From assembly GCA_945872615.1 (NCBI GenBank), contig CAMBZZ010000001.1, positions 90,701-154,700 of the forward strand: DNA of 64,000 bases, read 5' to 3'. The DNA comes from an uncultured Clostridia bacterium (GTDB lineage Bacteria > Bacillota > Clostridia > Christensenellales > UBA3700). The number at the start of each line of letters is the position of its first letter. Positions within the stretch are counted from its first letter, which is position 1. The position numbers and the translations under genes are program-made. The notes beneath the pieces were generated by a model. It did no database searches. It saw only the letters and a list, made by a program, of their open reading frames with translations, and was not told the origin of the DNA. Of this stretch, positions 27,745 to 37,006 are shown piece after piece.

Positions 27745-28653
27745 TTACTCCTTGCAAAGCATTTCTAACAACGCCATTCTCGTCACCATTCCGTTAGTTA
27801 CCTGCTCGTCTTTGACGCATATCGGGCTGTCGAGCACGTCGTGCGACAATTCTATGCCCCTATTGACGGGTCCCGGGTGCATTACAACCGCGCCCTTGTT
27901 GGCTAGTCTCATACGCTCTAAGTTGATGCCGTAAAATTTGTTGTATTCTCCCGCGCTGGGGAATAGACCTTTTTGTTGTCTCTCTAGTTGTATTCTCAAC
28001 CCCATAACTACGTCGCTGCCTACGAAGGCTTCTTCGATACTCGAGCAAACCTTGCACAACTTGTCCATATCCTTAGGCATTAGCGTAGCCGGTCCGTAGA
28101 CTTTGACGTTGGCACCCATGGTTGCCAAGCCTTCGATATTGCTCCTTGCCACTCTGCTGTGCTTGATGTCGCCTATTATAGCTACCGTCAAACCTTGCAA
28201 CCCGCCGAAAATCTCGCGCATGGTGTACATGTCCAATAACGCTTGGGTCGGATGGGCGTGCATTCCGTCACCCGCGTTGATAACGCTAGCGTTGACGTGG
28301 CTTGCCACCATATGCGCCGAGCCTGCCACCGCGTGTCTGATAACTATCGCCGAGGGTAAAAGCTTGTCAAGCGTGATTGCCGTGTCGATAAGGTTTTCGC
28401 CCTTTTGCACGCTCGAACCCGCCGTGGACATGCTTATAACTTCCGCACCGAGGTTTTTGCCCGCCGCTTCGAAGGAACACCTCGTACGGGTGGAATTTTC
28501 GAAAAACATGTTGACTACCGTCTTGCCTGCAAGAACGTCCTTGGGAGGATTGCCCTTGAGCATAAGTGCCTTGAGCTCGCTTGCTCTGTCGAGAAGTGAG
28601 GTAAGGGTAGCTTGGTCTACACCGCTAAGTTGTAAAAAATCTTTTTTTGCCAT
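27745..28653 (-). CDS. pyrB: Aspartate carbamoyltransferase catalytic subunit
   Basis: 302 aa from the ATG at 28653, preceded by a GGAGAG RBS. STRTR and HPTQ motifs are present. The 93-codon upstream extension in the ORF track is rejected. Confidence 0.9.
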   Translation of the reverse strand: MAKKDFLQLSGVDQATLTSLLDRASELKALMLKGNPPKDVLAGKTVVNMFFENSTRTRCSFEAAGKNLGAEVISMSTAGSSVQKGENLIDTAITLDKLLPSAIVIRHAVAGSAHMVASHVNASVINAGDGMHAHPTQALLDMYTMREIFGGLQGLTVAIIGDIKHSRVARSNIEGLATMGANVKVYGPATLMPKDMDKLCKVCSSIEEAFVGSDVVMGLRIQLERQQKGLFPSAGEYNKFYGINLERMRLANKGAVVMHPGPVNRGIELSHDVLDSPICVKDEQVTNGMVTRMALLEMLCKE

Positions 28654-28831
28654 TGTACTCTCCGCTCTCCGCACGCCTCTATAAATTTGCGTACGTTGAT
28701 ATATAAATATAATAACATAACATTGGCGCGTAAACAATAAAACGAGGACAGTAAATTTACATTTTTTGTCTTGCAACCTTAATAATTGCTTAAAACGCGT
28801 CAAAAAGTATTTTTTTAAGCGAATTTTGACA

Positions 28832-28871
28832 TAAAAAAACAACCGCCCGTATAAGCGGACGGTCGTTTTTG
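28832..28871. terminator. Bidirectional hairpin terminator after the ferredoxin gene
   Basis: Imperfect stem ACAACCGCCCG/CGGACGGTCGT, flanked by an A-run and a T-run. Confidence 0.55.
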
Positions 28872-28880
28872 TAATAAAGA

Positions 28881-29051
28881 TTACTCTTCGCTGATTGCGT
28901 CCACAGGACAACCTGCAGCGCAAGTTCCGCAACTGATGCAGGTATTAGCATCTATTACGAATTGAGTATCGCCCTCGGTAATCGCGCTAACAGGGCAGTT
29001 TTCTGCGCAAGAACCGCATTTGATGCAAGCATCGCCGATAACATATGCCAT
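28881..29051 (-). CDS. fdx: 2[4Fe-4S] clostridial-type ferredoxin (56 aa), not in the ORF track
   Basis: The minus strand encodes MAYVIGDACIKCGSCAENCPVSAITEGDTQFVIDANTCISCGTCAAGCPVDAISEE, with two CxxCxxCxxxCP motifs. An AGGAGA RBS lies upstream. Confidence 0.85.
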   Translation of the reverse strand: MAYVIGDACIKCGSCAENCPVSAITEGDTQFVIDANTCISCGTCAAGCPVDAISEE

Positions 29052-29138
29052 AGTCATAATCTCCTTTTGTATGTTGGTATCTCAATAATATCACATTATT
29101 TCGACTTTGTAAACACATTGCAAAAACTAATGCAAAAA

Positions 29139-30008
29139 TTATTCTTCTTTGAGCGAGTCGGAATCGTCGTCGCCCTCGTCGACGACTTTCGGCTCGACTT
29201 TGCCTATGACGCTAAATTCTCCGACTTTGTAGTATTCTTGCGTAATGCCGTCTTCTTTTTGGATTGCCACCTTGACCCTCTCTCTAAGAACGTCGGTCTC
29301 TACCACCTTGCCCACGCCCTTGTCGACCTTGACGCTTGCGCCCACTTTAGGCATTACCTTTGCCATAGACGCATAGTAGTCGTTTTCGTACTTGAGACAG
29401 CACATAAGTTTTCCGCACATACCGCTGACTTTGGTAGGATTGAGCGATATGTTTTGGTTTTTTGCCATTTTGACGGTAGCTTTTTCGTTGTGAGAAAGAC
29501 ACGTCAAACAACAACATTCTCTTCCGCACATGCCCATTGCGCCCTTGATTTTGACGTCGTCTCGCTCGTAGATTTGTCTAAGTTCGATACGCATCTTCAT
29601 CTCGCCCGCAAGGTCTTTGACCAATTCTCTAAAATCCACTCTACCGTCGGCGGTAAAACTGAATACCACCTTGCTTCTGTCAAAGGTGTACTCCGCGTCT
29701 ACGAGGTGCATTTTGAGCCCGTGAGCCTCTATCTTTTTGTTGCAAAGAGCAAATGCCGCCGCCTTTTTGTCAAGATTTTCTTGATGACGCTTCTCGTCCT
29801 CTTTGGTGGCTTTGCGTACTACGGGTTTTAGTTCCCCGACTATTTTGCTCTCGTCGACCTGGGTGTTGGCTTGTCCTATCTTGGCAAACTCCAATCCCCT
29901 AACCGTCTCGACGATGACGTTGTCGCCTACGCTAAACTGCTCCGACTTGGGGTCGAAATAATAAAGTTTGTTGGCTGCGCCGAATCTGACGCCTACTATA
30001 ATCGGCAT
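29139..30008 (-). CDS. ricT: PSP1-domain protein RicT/YaaT
   Basis: 289 aa starting MPIIVGVRFGAANKLYYFDP, with Cys-rich CGRECCCLTC and CGKLMCCLKYE segments. Synteny after holB. Confidence 0.85.
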   Translation of the reverse strand: MPIIVGVRFGAANKLYYFDPKSEQFSVGDNVIVETVRGLEFAKIGQANTQVDESKIVGELKPVVRKATKEDEKRHQENLDKKAAAFALCNKKIEAHGLKMHLVDAEYTFDRSKVVFSFTADGRVDFRELVKDLAGEMKMRIELRQIYERDDVKIKGAMGMCGRECCCLTCLSHNEKATVKMAKNQNISLNPTKVSGMCGKLMCCLKYENDYYASMAKVMPKVGASVKVDKGVGKVVETDVLRERVKVAIQKEDGITQEYYKVGEFSVIGKVEPKVVDEGDDDSDSLKEE

Positions 30009-30961
30009 ATATATTTTACCTCCAAAATGCCCATCAGCAATCTGTCCGCTACAAAGTCTTTGCGACAGTTGCTATCGATTTTTTTTCTGCTATCGCACAC
30101 CAATCTGTGCACGTTGACTATCATTGCGTTGTTGAAAGTTGCGCTCAAGGTTACAACTTGTTGTAAATCTTCGTCCTCAAAATCCTCTTGTTTGCCGCCC
30201 TGCCTTGACAACATTATTTGAAGTATAATCTCCAAGGCATCGAGATATACGGAAAGTTCGACTTCGTTGAGACGCATTTTTGCCAGCATATTGACCACGT
30301 CCTTGGAGGACTTCATAGATGTAAGCACGTCTATCATAGTCGAAAATGCCTCGATAAATATAGGGTCGCCCGCAATCTTTTCCGCTCTGCCGAGACTGCC
30401 CGAGGCGCAGACCGTGGCTTTTTGCACCAATTCTTCTTCTACTCCCTCTTGTCGTAAAGCAAGCGCGATCGTTGCGTCGTCGAACTTGTCGAGATAGAGT
30501 TTTTTTGCCCTTGACTTGATGGTGGCAAGTACCCCCGAAGGCTTGGTGGTGCCAAGTATGAACACCACGCCGTCGCAAGGCTCTTCCAACGTCTTGAGCA
30601 AGGTGTTTTGAAGTCTCGGCTCTATCTTGTCAAAAGCATCGATGAGCATAACCTTATAGTTGCCCTCGCCGATGCTGTAATACGAATATTCGACAAAATC
30701 TCTCACGCTGTCGGCGTTGTAGCGAGTAAGTCTGATAAGCTCGGTGTGAGAATCGTTGTCTACCCTAATGCAACTGCGACATACCCCGCAGCCGTCCTCG
30801 TCACACAAAACCAACCTAGCCAAAAGCGTACAAAGATTGCTGCAAGCTACTTGGTCGTCACATATAAGCATATAACAATGCCCCAGCATGCCGTGGGTCT
30901 TGTCGGTGAGCATCGTCTTATACGGTTTGCTTTGCATAAGCAACTTGGAATACTTAATCAT
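29996..30961 (-). CDS. holB: DNA polymerase III subunit delta'
   Basis: 321 aa with an AAA-like clamp-loader fold and a zinc module CGVCRSC. tmk-holB-yaaT synteny. Confidence 0.8.
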   Translation of the reverse strand: MIKYSKLLMQSKPYKTMLTDKTHGMLGHCYMLICDDQVACSNLCTLLARLVLCDEDGCGVCRSCIRVDNDSHTELIRLTRYNADSVRDFVEYSYYSIGEGNYKVMLIDAFDKIEPRLQNTLLKTLEEPCDGVVFILGTTKPSGVLATIKSRAKKLYLDKFDDATIALALRQEGVEEELVQKATVCASGSLGRAEKIAGDPIFIEAFSTMIDVLTSMKSSKDVVNMLAKMRLNEVELSVYLDALEIILQIMLSRQGGKQEDFEDEDLQQVVTLSATFNNAMIVNVHRLVCDSRKKIDSNCRKDFVADRLLMGILEVKYICRL

Positions 30962-30982
30962 CTCGTCTTACTCAATTATACC

Positions 30983-31612
30983 TTAGTCAACTATATCTCG
31001 CTGTTGCAAGGTGCGTATTATCGCATCGTGCACTTGCTCTTTGTCCCCGCCTGCATCGATAGCGACTATACGGTCGCTATATCTCTTACAAGCTATCTTG
31101 TATCCGCGATATACGGCATCGTGAAAAGAGCGGTCTTCTTGCTCTATCCTATCGTCCTTGTCGGCTCCGCCTTTTCGCGCAAAGCCGAGCCTAGGCTCTA
31201 AATCCAAAAATATCGTGAGGTCAGGCATAACGTCTCCGCACGCCAAAGTGTTGAGCGCGTCTACGTAATCCTCTCCCAAGCCTCTTGCCACGCCTTGGTA
31301 GGCAAAAGTGGAATCGGTAAACCTATCGCATACGACTATCTCGCCCCTCTCTAGCGCGGGACGAACGACTTGACCTATCAACTGCGCCCTAGAAGCAGAA
31401 TACAACAACGCCTCGCACTCCTTGGTCATACCCACGCTGTCGGTGGACAAGATAAGACTGCGTATCTCTTCGGATATTTTGCTACCACCCGGCTCTCGCA
31501 AAAACAACGCTGTGATACCTTTGTCTTGAAAATATTGCCTTAGCAATGCAATTTGAGTGGATTTGCCCACTCCCTCGCAACCTTCGAACGTAATAAACTT
31601 TCCTCTTTTCAT
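30983..31612 (-). CDS. tmk: Thymidylate kinase
   Basis: 209 aa from the ATG at 31612 (MKRGKFITFEGCEGVGKSTQ P-loop), preceded by an AAGGTGA RBS. Confidence 0.9.
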   Translation of the reverse strand: MKRGKFITFEGCEGVGKSTQIALLRQYFQDKGITALFLREPGGSKISEEIRSLILSTDSVGMTKECEALLYSASRAQLIGQVVRPALERGEIVVCDRFTDSTFAYQGVARGLGEDYVDALNTLACGDVMPDLTIFLDLEPRLGFARKGGADKDDRIEQEDRSFHDAVYRGYKIACKRYSDRIVAIDAGGDKEQVHDAIIRTLQQRDIVD

Positions 31613-31625
31613 ACTCACCTTTATA

Positions 31626-32912
31626 TTATTGTAACACGGCAACGCGACCGTTTACAAGACCAAAAACGCAAGTCGAGTTTTCCTCGATATACTTGGCGAC
31701 TTCTTCGTCGATGATTTCTCCCGCTCTCACTATCGGTACTCCCGGAGGATATACGCCTATCTCGCAAGCGCTTACCTTGCCCGCGCATTGGCTTAGTGCC
31801 ACGAATTCAACTCGTCCCTCCGCGCTCGAAGCCCTCTTTGACTGAGGCGGCACATACAAAGTTTGCTCCCCTTTTTTGGTAGGCGCTACCGACAACGACT
31901 TAGCCAAAAGCGCAAGACTAGTGTAATTGTACGGCGTGACGATGAGCACCATCTTGTCAAGATACGTCATCTCCACCTCGATACCACGCGCCGACAACCA
32001 TTCGGCGGTAAATCTCGCGTCGTTACCCTCGCTTTGCAACACGAGCCTCGTTGGGTCGTCGGTCGGAAGTATCTTCCACTTGCCTATCTCGCCGCCCAAA
32101 CTCTCTATCTCGTCTATAACCTTGTGGTAATATTCGTTGCCCTTGGCTTTCATTTCGCCTACAGCCCAATCCATACTTTGCATGACGAGATAACTTGGCG
32201 ACGTGGTATGGAAAAAATTGCGATAATAGGTAGCAATGTCGACGAGCCCCTTCCCATTGACGTTGAGTACGCTCGCCCCACCGTAGCAAGGCAAAGTCTT
32301 GTGCATGCTGTGTACGCAAAGATGCGCGTGTACGCTTGGATTATCGGGCAAGCAGTCGGCAAAAGCAAAATGCGCGCCGTGCGCAGAATCCACCCATAGC
32401 AACGAGCCGTGTTCGTCGGCTATTTTCCTAAGCTCCGCTAAATCTCGACACATGCCGAAATAATCGGGAGAAGTCGTGCAAATTGCCGACACGTATCGAG
32501 TTTTTTGCATATATCGGCGCAATTCGTCAAGGTCTGCGACCACGCTCACTTGCAACTTGTGCAGCAAGACGCCGTTCCAAAATGCCTTGTGCATATCTCC
32601 AAGGACAACCACCCCTCCCTCTCGCTGCGACAATACTCCCAGCGACGCCAAAATAGCGGTGGTGGAACCCGTGGTAAAGATAAGACTTCTATCCGCTCCG
32701 TACACTTGGGCAAGGTCGGATTCTAGCTCCGCTATAGCTCCTCGAGGATTGAGAAGATTGTCGGTGGAGCCTATCTCCGTCACGTCGTAGGGACACGCGC
32801 TCCAAATACCGCCCGCCAAGTTGCCACTATGCCCGGGCATGTGAAAGCGTGCTTTTGAAGAATCGATATATCCTTGTATTGCACCGAGTAACGGTCTGTC
32901 TCTGTCTTGCAT
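31626..32912 (-). CDS. Orn/Lys/Arg decarboxylase family PLP enzyme (YaaO-like)
   Basis: FHMPGH motif and the SMHKTL PLP-lysine motif. The start is taken as the ATG at 32912; the ORF track uses a TTG at 32921. No clear SD, so the start is uncertain. Confidence 0.75.
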   Translation of the reverse strand: MQDRDRPLLGAIQGYIDSSKARFHMPGHSGNLAGGIWSACPYDVTEIGSTDNLLNPRGAIAELESDLAQVYGADRSLIFTTGSTTAILASLGVLSQREGGVVVLGDMHKAFWNGVLLHKLQVSVVADLDELRRYMQKTRYVSAICTTSPDYFGMCRDLAELRKIADEHGSLLWVDSAHGAHFAFADCLPDNPSVHAHLCVHSMHKTLPCYGGASVLNVNGKGLVDIATYYRNFFHTTSPSYLVMQSMDWAVGEMKAKGNEYYHKVIDEIESLGGEIGKWKILPTDDPTRLVLQSEGNDARFTAEWLSARGIEVEMTYLDKMVLIVTPYNYTSLALLAKSLSVAPTKKGEQTLYVPPQSKRASSAEGRVEFVALSQCAGKVSACEIGVYPPGVPIVRAGEIIDEEVAKYIEENSTCVFGLVNGRVAVLQ

Positions 32913-32919
32913 ATCACTC

Positions 32920-32945
32920 AAAAAAGGCAGTCCTCGGACTGCCGA
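32920..32945 (-). terminator. Hairpin with T-run between lysS and the decarboxylase gene
   Basis: Minus strand reads GGCAGTCcgagGACTGCC followed by TTTTTT, which abuts the downstream start codon. Confidence 0.5.
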
Positions 32946-32948
32946 ATT

Positions 32949-34418
32949 TTATTTGTTAGGTTTCATCGTCGGGAACAACAAAACGTCTCTGATGCTAAAT
33001 TGGTCGGTAAACAACATTACCAATCTGTCTACGCCGATACCAAGTCCTCCCGTTGGCGGAAGTCCGTACATCAAGGCGTTGACGTAATCTTCGTCCATCA
33101 TTTGAGCTTCGTCGTCGCCCTTCTCCCTCTCGGCTACTTGAGCCATAAATCTTGCCTTTTGGTCGATTGGGTCGTTGAGCTCGGAGAATGCGTTGCCCAT
33201 CTCTCTCGCCGTGATGAAAAACTCGAATCTCTCGGTAAGTCTACCGTCGGTAGGCTTGCGCTTGGCAAGCGGTGAAACCTCAACGGGATAGTCGAGTATA
33301 AAAGTAGGTTGAACTAGGTGCTCTTCTACCTTTTGGTCGAACACTTCGTAGAGAAGTTTGCCCCACGTCAAGTTGTCGGACAAGCCAACGCCCACCGCTT
33401 CGGCTTGCTTTTTGAGTGCCTCTACGTCGCCCGTTGCGTCAAAATCGATACCCGTGTATTCCTTGACCGCCTCTGCCATGGTCATCTTTTTCCAAGGTCT
33501 TGCCAAAGATATAGGCGTGCCTTGATATACTATCTCCGTCGTGCCTTTGGTGGTGAGCGCGATATGCTCGAAGAGCCTCTCCGTGAGATCCATCATATGA
33601 TGATAGTCGGTGTAGGCTTCGTAGAGCTCAACCGTGGTAAACTCGGGGTTGTGCTTTGGATCCATACCCTCGTTGCGGAAAAGTCTACCCATTTCGTAAA
33701 CCTTTTCGAATCCGCCTACGATAAGTCTCTTGAGGTAAAGCTCGGGCGCGATACGCATATACATATCGATGTCCAAGGTGTTGTGGTGGGTGACGAAAGG
33801 TCTCGCGCTAGCTCCTCCCGCTATAGTGTTGAGGATAGGAGTGTCTACCTCGATAAAGCCCTCTCCGTCCAAGAAGGAACGTATAGCGCTGATAATGCGA
33901 CTGCGCATGACGAAGGTTTCCTTGACTTCGGGATTGGCAATGAGGTCTACGTATCTTTGACGATACCTGAGGTCGGTGTTGGTAAGACCGTGGAACTTTT
34001 CCGGCAACGGCAACAACGACTTGGAGAGCAACTCCATCTTTTCGGCGTGAATGGATATTTCGCCCATCTTGGTGGTAAATACCACACCCTCTACGCCTAC
34101 GATGTCGCCTATGTCGTATTTCTTAAATTCGGCATAGTTTTCTTCGCCAAGAGAATCTCTGCTGACGTAAAGTTGGATACTGCCCGTGCCGTCGAGCACG
34201 TGTCCGAAGCTTGCCTTGCCCATAACTCTCTTGGAGATAAGACGACCTGCAATACGCACCTTTTTGTCGGCGTACTCGTCGTAATTGTCCTTGATAACTT
34301 TGGCGTAGGCATTCTTGTCGAATTTGACTATTTCGAAAGGATTTTTGCCCGTAGCAATAAGATTTTCGAGTTTTTCTCGGCGTGCCTTGAGTATATCGTT
34401 TAAATTTTCTTGTTCCAT
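32949..34418 (-). CDS. lysS: Lysine--tRNA ligase (class II)
   Basis: 489 aa with an OB anticodon-binding domain and class II motifs ([17 protein letters not shown]). Confidence 0.95.
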   Translation of the reverse strand: MEQENLNDILKARREKLENLIATGKNPFEIVKFDKNAYAKVIKDNYDEYADKKVRIAGRLISKRVMGKASFGHVLDGTGSIQLYVSRDSLGEENYAEFKKYDIGDIVGVEGVVFTTKMGEISIHAEKMELLSKSLLPLPEKFHGLTNTDLRYRQRYVDLIANPEVKETFVMRSRIISAIRSFLDGEGFIEVDTPILNTIAGGASARPFVTHHNTLDIDMYMRIAPELYLKRLIVGGFEKVYEMGRLFRNEGMDPKHNPEFTTVELYEAYTDYHHMMDLTERLFEHIALTTKGTTEIVYQGTPISLARPWKKMTMAEAVKEYTGIDFDATGDVEALKKQAEAVGVGLSDNLTWGKLLYEVFDQKVEEHLVQPTFILDYPVEVSPLAKRKPTDGRLTERFEFFITAREMGNAFSELNDPIDQKARFMAQVAEREKGDDEAQMMDEDYVNALMYGLPPTGGLGIGVDRLVMLFTDQFSIRDVLLFPTMKPNK

Positions 34419-34439
34419 CTCAATGTCCTTCGTGGATAT

Positions 34440-34916
34440 TTATTTTTTGATTTCCAAAATTCTGATTTTGTATGAATCGCCGTTTTTGATAACTACGTCG
34501 ACTTCTTCGCCCACCTTGCGTCCCAAAATGGCTTGCGCAAGAGGAGATTCGTTGCTGATTATGCCGTCCTCGATTGACGCTTCGGTATGTCCGAGAATTT
34601 GATAAGTAAACTCTTCTTCCATATCCATATCGTAGAAAGTGACGGTGTTGCCGATGTTGACTACGCCGTCTTGTCCCTCTTTGCTGTCGATGATGACGGC
34701 GTGCTCGAGTTGATATTTCATCTCGTCGATAGCTCTCTCGAGTAAATCGTACTCTTCCTTTGCCGACTTGTACTCCGCATTTTCGGAAAGATCGCCGTAT
34801 TCTCTTGCCTCGGCTATTCTGGCAATCAATTCTCTTCTTTTTACCGTCTCGTACTCTTTAAGTTTTTGCTCCAGTTTGTCCCTTCCCGCTTGAGAAAAGA
34901 TAAATTCTTCTGCCAT
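34440..34916 (-). CDS. greA: Transcription elongation factor GreA
   Basis: 158 aa with an N-terminal coiled coil including DLSENAEY, plus a C-terminal FKBP-like domain. Confidence 0.9.
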   Translation of the reverse strand: MAEEFIFSQAGRDKLEQKLKEYETVKRRELIARIAEAREYGDLSENAEYKSAKEEYDLLERAIDEMKYQLEHAVIIDSKEGQDGVVNIGNTVTFYDMDMEEEFTYQILGHTEASIEDGIISNESPLAQAILGRKVGEEVDVVIKNGDSYKIRILEIKK

Positions 34917-34928
34917 AATCCTATCTCC

Positions 34929-35552
34929 TTATACGTTGTTTTTTGTTCTATAACTCAGCACCAACAAGCTCTCCGACATAGATATGTTTTCGATAGAAAC
35001 GTAGTCGGGTACCTCTAAATCAATGGGTGCAAAATTCCAAATACTCTTGATGCCGCTACCGATGATTCGGTCGGCAACACTCTGCGCCGCCGCCTTTGGC
35101 GTAGCGATAACAGCCATATCTACCGTGTTGTCCTTGACATAGCTCTCGAATTGCGACATATTGTATACCTTAATACCGCCCACGTTGTCTATGACGGGAT
35201 TGGAATCGAACATCGCCCTTACCTTGAATCCGTACTTTTCGAAACCTTGATAACCGCCCAACGCTCTACCTATGTTGCCGGCTCCTACTATGACTACGTT
35301 GTAGTCGTGGTCAAGACCCATTATCGTTGCCAATTCTTGTTTTAGTTTGGCTACGTCGTAGCCGTAACCTTGCTGACCAAAGCCTCCGAAATTGCAAAAA
35401 TCTTGTCTAACTTGAGAAGCGGTGATACCCAACATCTCCGCCAAAGCGTTGGAAGATATTTTGTTTATGCCTTGGTCGGATAGATTTTTGACTGCTCGAT
35501 AATATTTGGGCAATCTCTTGACGACTGCTTCGGAAATAACTTTTTTTTGCAT
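34929..35552 (-). CDS. rex: Redox-sensing transcriptional repressor Rex
   Basis: 207 aa from the ATG at 35552 (AGGGGG RBS). KRLPKYYR wHTH and a GAGNIG Rossmann motif are present. Confidence 0.9.
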   Translation of the reverse strand: MQKKVISEAVVKRLPKYYRAVKNLSDQGINKISSNALAEMLGITASQVRQDFCNFGGFGQQGYGYDVAKLKQELATIMGLDHDYNVVIVGAGNIGRALGGYQGFEKYGFKVRAMFDSNPVIDNVGGIKVYNMSQFESYVKDNTVDMAVIATPKAAAQSVADRIIGSGIKSIWNFAPIDLEVPDYVSIENISMSESLLVLSYRTKNNV

Positions 35553-35646
35553 AATGCCCCCTAAAAATATTATAATTATTTTAATCGCATAACCTAGTTT
35601 TGTCAAGTCCTTTTTGACAAACAAACACATCTGCTAATACTATTCG

Positions 35647-35676
35647 TTGACAATACCGACGAAAATTGCGTACAAT
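35647..35676 (+). promoter_or_regulatory. Candidate promoter giving a leaderless or near-leaderless mRNA
   Basis: TTGACA (35647-35652), an 18-nt spacer, then TACAAT (35671-35676). The ATG lies at 35683, only 6 nt after the -10 element, and there is no SD. Confidence 0.5.
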
Positions 35677-35682
35677 ATATCT

Positions 35683-35940
35683 ATGAAACTGTGGATACGA
35701 CTGTTAGAAGACAACAAAATGATAAAGGACAAGATAGTCCAATGTAACAACATCGGCTGCGCCCTCGACCTCGAAGAGGTGCTGAGAGATATATGTCACA
35801 GCCTCGATTTGCCTACCCCGATAGTATTGCCTACGCACTATCGCAACTTCGTAAACTTCCATAACGCAAAATTCAAAAAAGACGACTTCGTAGAAAGCCT
35901 TGACGGCGATATATTGATAGTAGAGGACTGCAAAGAATAG
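35683..35940 (+). CDS. Hypothetical small protein (85 aa)
   Basis: ORF MKLWIRLLEDNKMIKDK...ILIVEDCKE. No family recognised. The TTG start at 35647 in the ORF track coincides with the -35 box. Confidence 0.45.
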   Translation: MKLWIRLLEDNKMIKDKIVQCNNIGCALDLEEVLRDICHSLDLPTPIVLPTHYRNFVNFHNAKFKKDDFVESLDGDILIVEDCKE

Positions 35941-36007
35941 CAGTCCTCTACTTAAAAACTCGAAAAAAGTCGATACGTGTCGCCAAAATCACCTACGAGC
36001 GGATTGA

Positions 36008-37006
36008 TTAGGCTATGTCGCAATGCTCGGCGTGATAGAGATTGAATATTGCGAAAACGACTTGATAAACCGTCGATATGATTATCATCGAAACGAGGTT
36101 CATACCTTTGAGCACAGGTCCCGTCAAACTGAGCGCCGACATAAAGTCGAGATTGATAAACATACCTACGTAGCCTACGTAGAGATAGCCAAGCAATCGC
36201 TCTAAGTTGGACGCGAATATGCATGCCAATATCGCAAGTGCCATTCCGTTGCCCTTTTTCCACGTAAGATTGCACATAAACGCGCCGAACTGGATATACG
36301 CAAACAAAGCAAACAGTTTGAATACTATCTGCAAAGCAAGATACCCCATATACGGCATTACTCCCACCTTGGTGGCGCCAACGACGTAAATTACTTTCTT
36401 AGTCGCAACGCCGAACTTGATCATTGCAACGATTTGAGCAAACAATATCAAGGCGATAAATACCAGCGCGCCGATACACCAGACGCTGAGCACCTTGGCT
36501 CCGTACATCTTTTTTCTACCGATAGGTCGCAAGAGTTGCATTTTGAGAGTGCCGTCGGACTTTTCTCCGCCCCAACTTCTACATATCATTATTACGGAAA
36601 AAAGCGCGATTATTCCAAACGACGAGCCCAAAACCGCGTCGATATATCCCGCGCTGTCAAATGCTTCTTGTCCCGCCAATACGAAATCGGAAGAGCGTAA
36701 ATTGCCGGCTTTGAGATATTTGAGATACGCCAACGTAGATTGAAGTTGATATAACTCGGTATCTATCAGTCCGTTTTTGATAGCGGGTGTGTAATTGGCT
36801 ATGGTTTCTTCCAACGCCGCTATCTCCTCGTCTATCGTATCCATATCTACGCTAATATCGAACGCGCCCCCGAAGTCTTGCAATATTTGAAAACCGAAGG
36901 TCAACAATAGCGCTAACGCCACGAGTACACCGAGCAAAATAAATATCTTGCCCTTTCTGAATATTTTGTAACACTCGCCCGCAAAGGCATTGGAAAAACC
37001 TTTCAT
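36008..37006 (-). CDS. ABC-2 type transporter permease
   Basis: 332 aa. A large extracytoplasmic loop follows TM1, with about five further TM helices. Overlaps the ATPase gene by 4 nt. Confidence 0.7.
   Translation of the reverse strand: MKGFSNAFAGECYKIFRKGKIFILLGVLVALALLLTFGFQILQDFGGAFDISVDMDTIDEEIAALEETIANYTPAIKNGLIDTELYQLQSTLAYLKYLKAGNLRSSDFVLAGQEAFDSAGYIDAVLGSSFGIIALFSVIMICRSWGGEKSDGTLKMQLLRPIGRKKMYGAKVLSVWCIGALVFIALILFAQIVAMIKFGVATKKVIYVVGATKVGVMPYMGYLALQIVFKLFALFAYIQFGAFMCNLTWKKGNGMALAILACIFASNLERLLGYLYVGYVGMFINLDFMSALSLTGPVLKGMNLVSMIIISTVYQVVFAIFNLYHAEHCDIA

Noticed and set aside
28654-28880. PyrR-binding attenuator upstream of pyrB
   Set aside because: I found no ARUCCAGAGAGGYU-like binding loop, no terminator/antiterminator pair, and no pyrR gene in the window.
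27745-28932. N-terminal extensions of ORF-track entries (pyrB to 28932, punA to 22803, pyrD to 25017, pyrK to 25724, nanA-like to 63503, lipoprotein to 44381, rex to 35630, tmk to 31642)
   Set aside because: In each case an internal ATG with a good SD begins the conserved protein N-terminus. The upstream codons are low-complexity or overlap the preceding gene or repeats.
24170-30578. Arg/Gln/Gly-rich alternative-frame ORFs inside pyr and holB genes (24170-24505, 27137-27634, 26570-26812, 30177-30578, 37145-37678)
   Set aside because: They overlap well-supported genes in the same orientation but another frame. Their composition is what off-frame reading of GC-rich codons produces.
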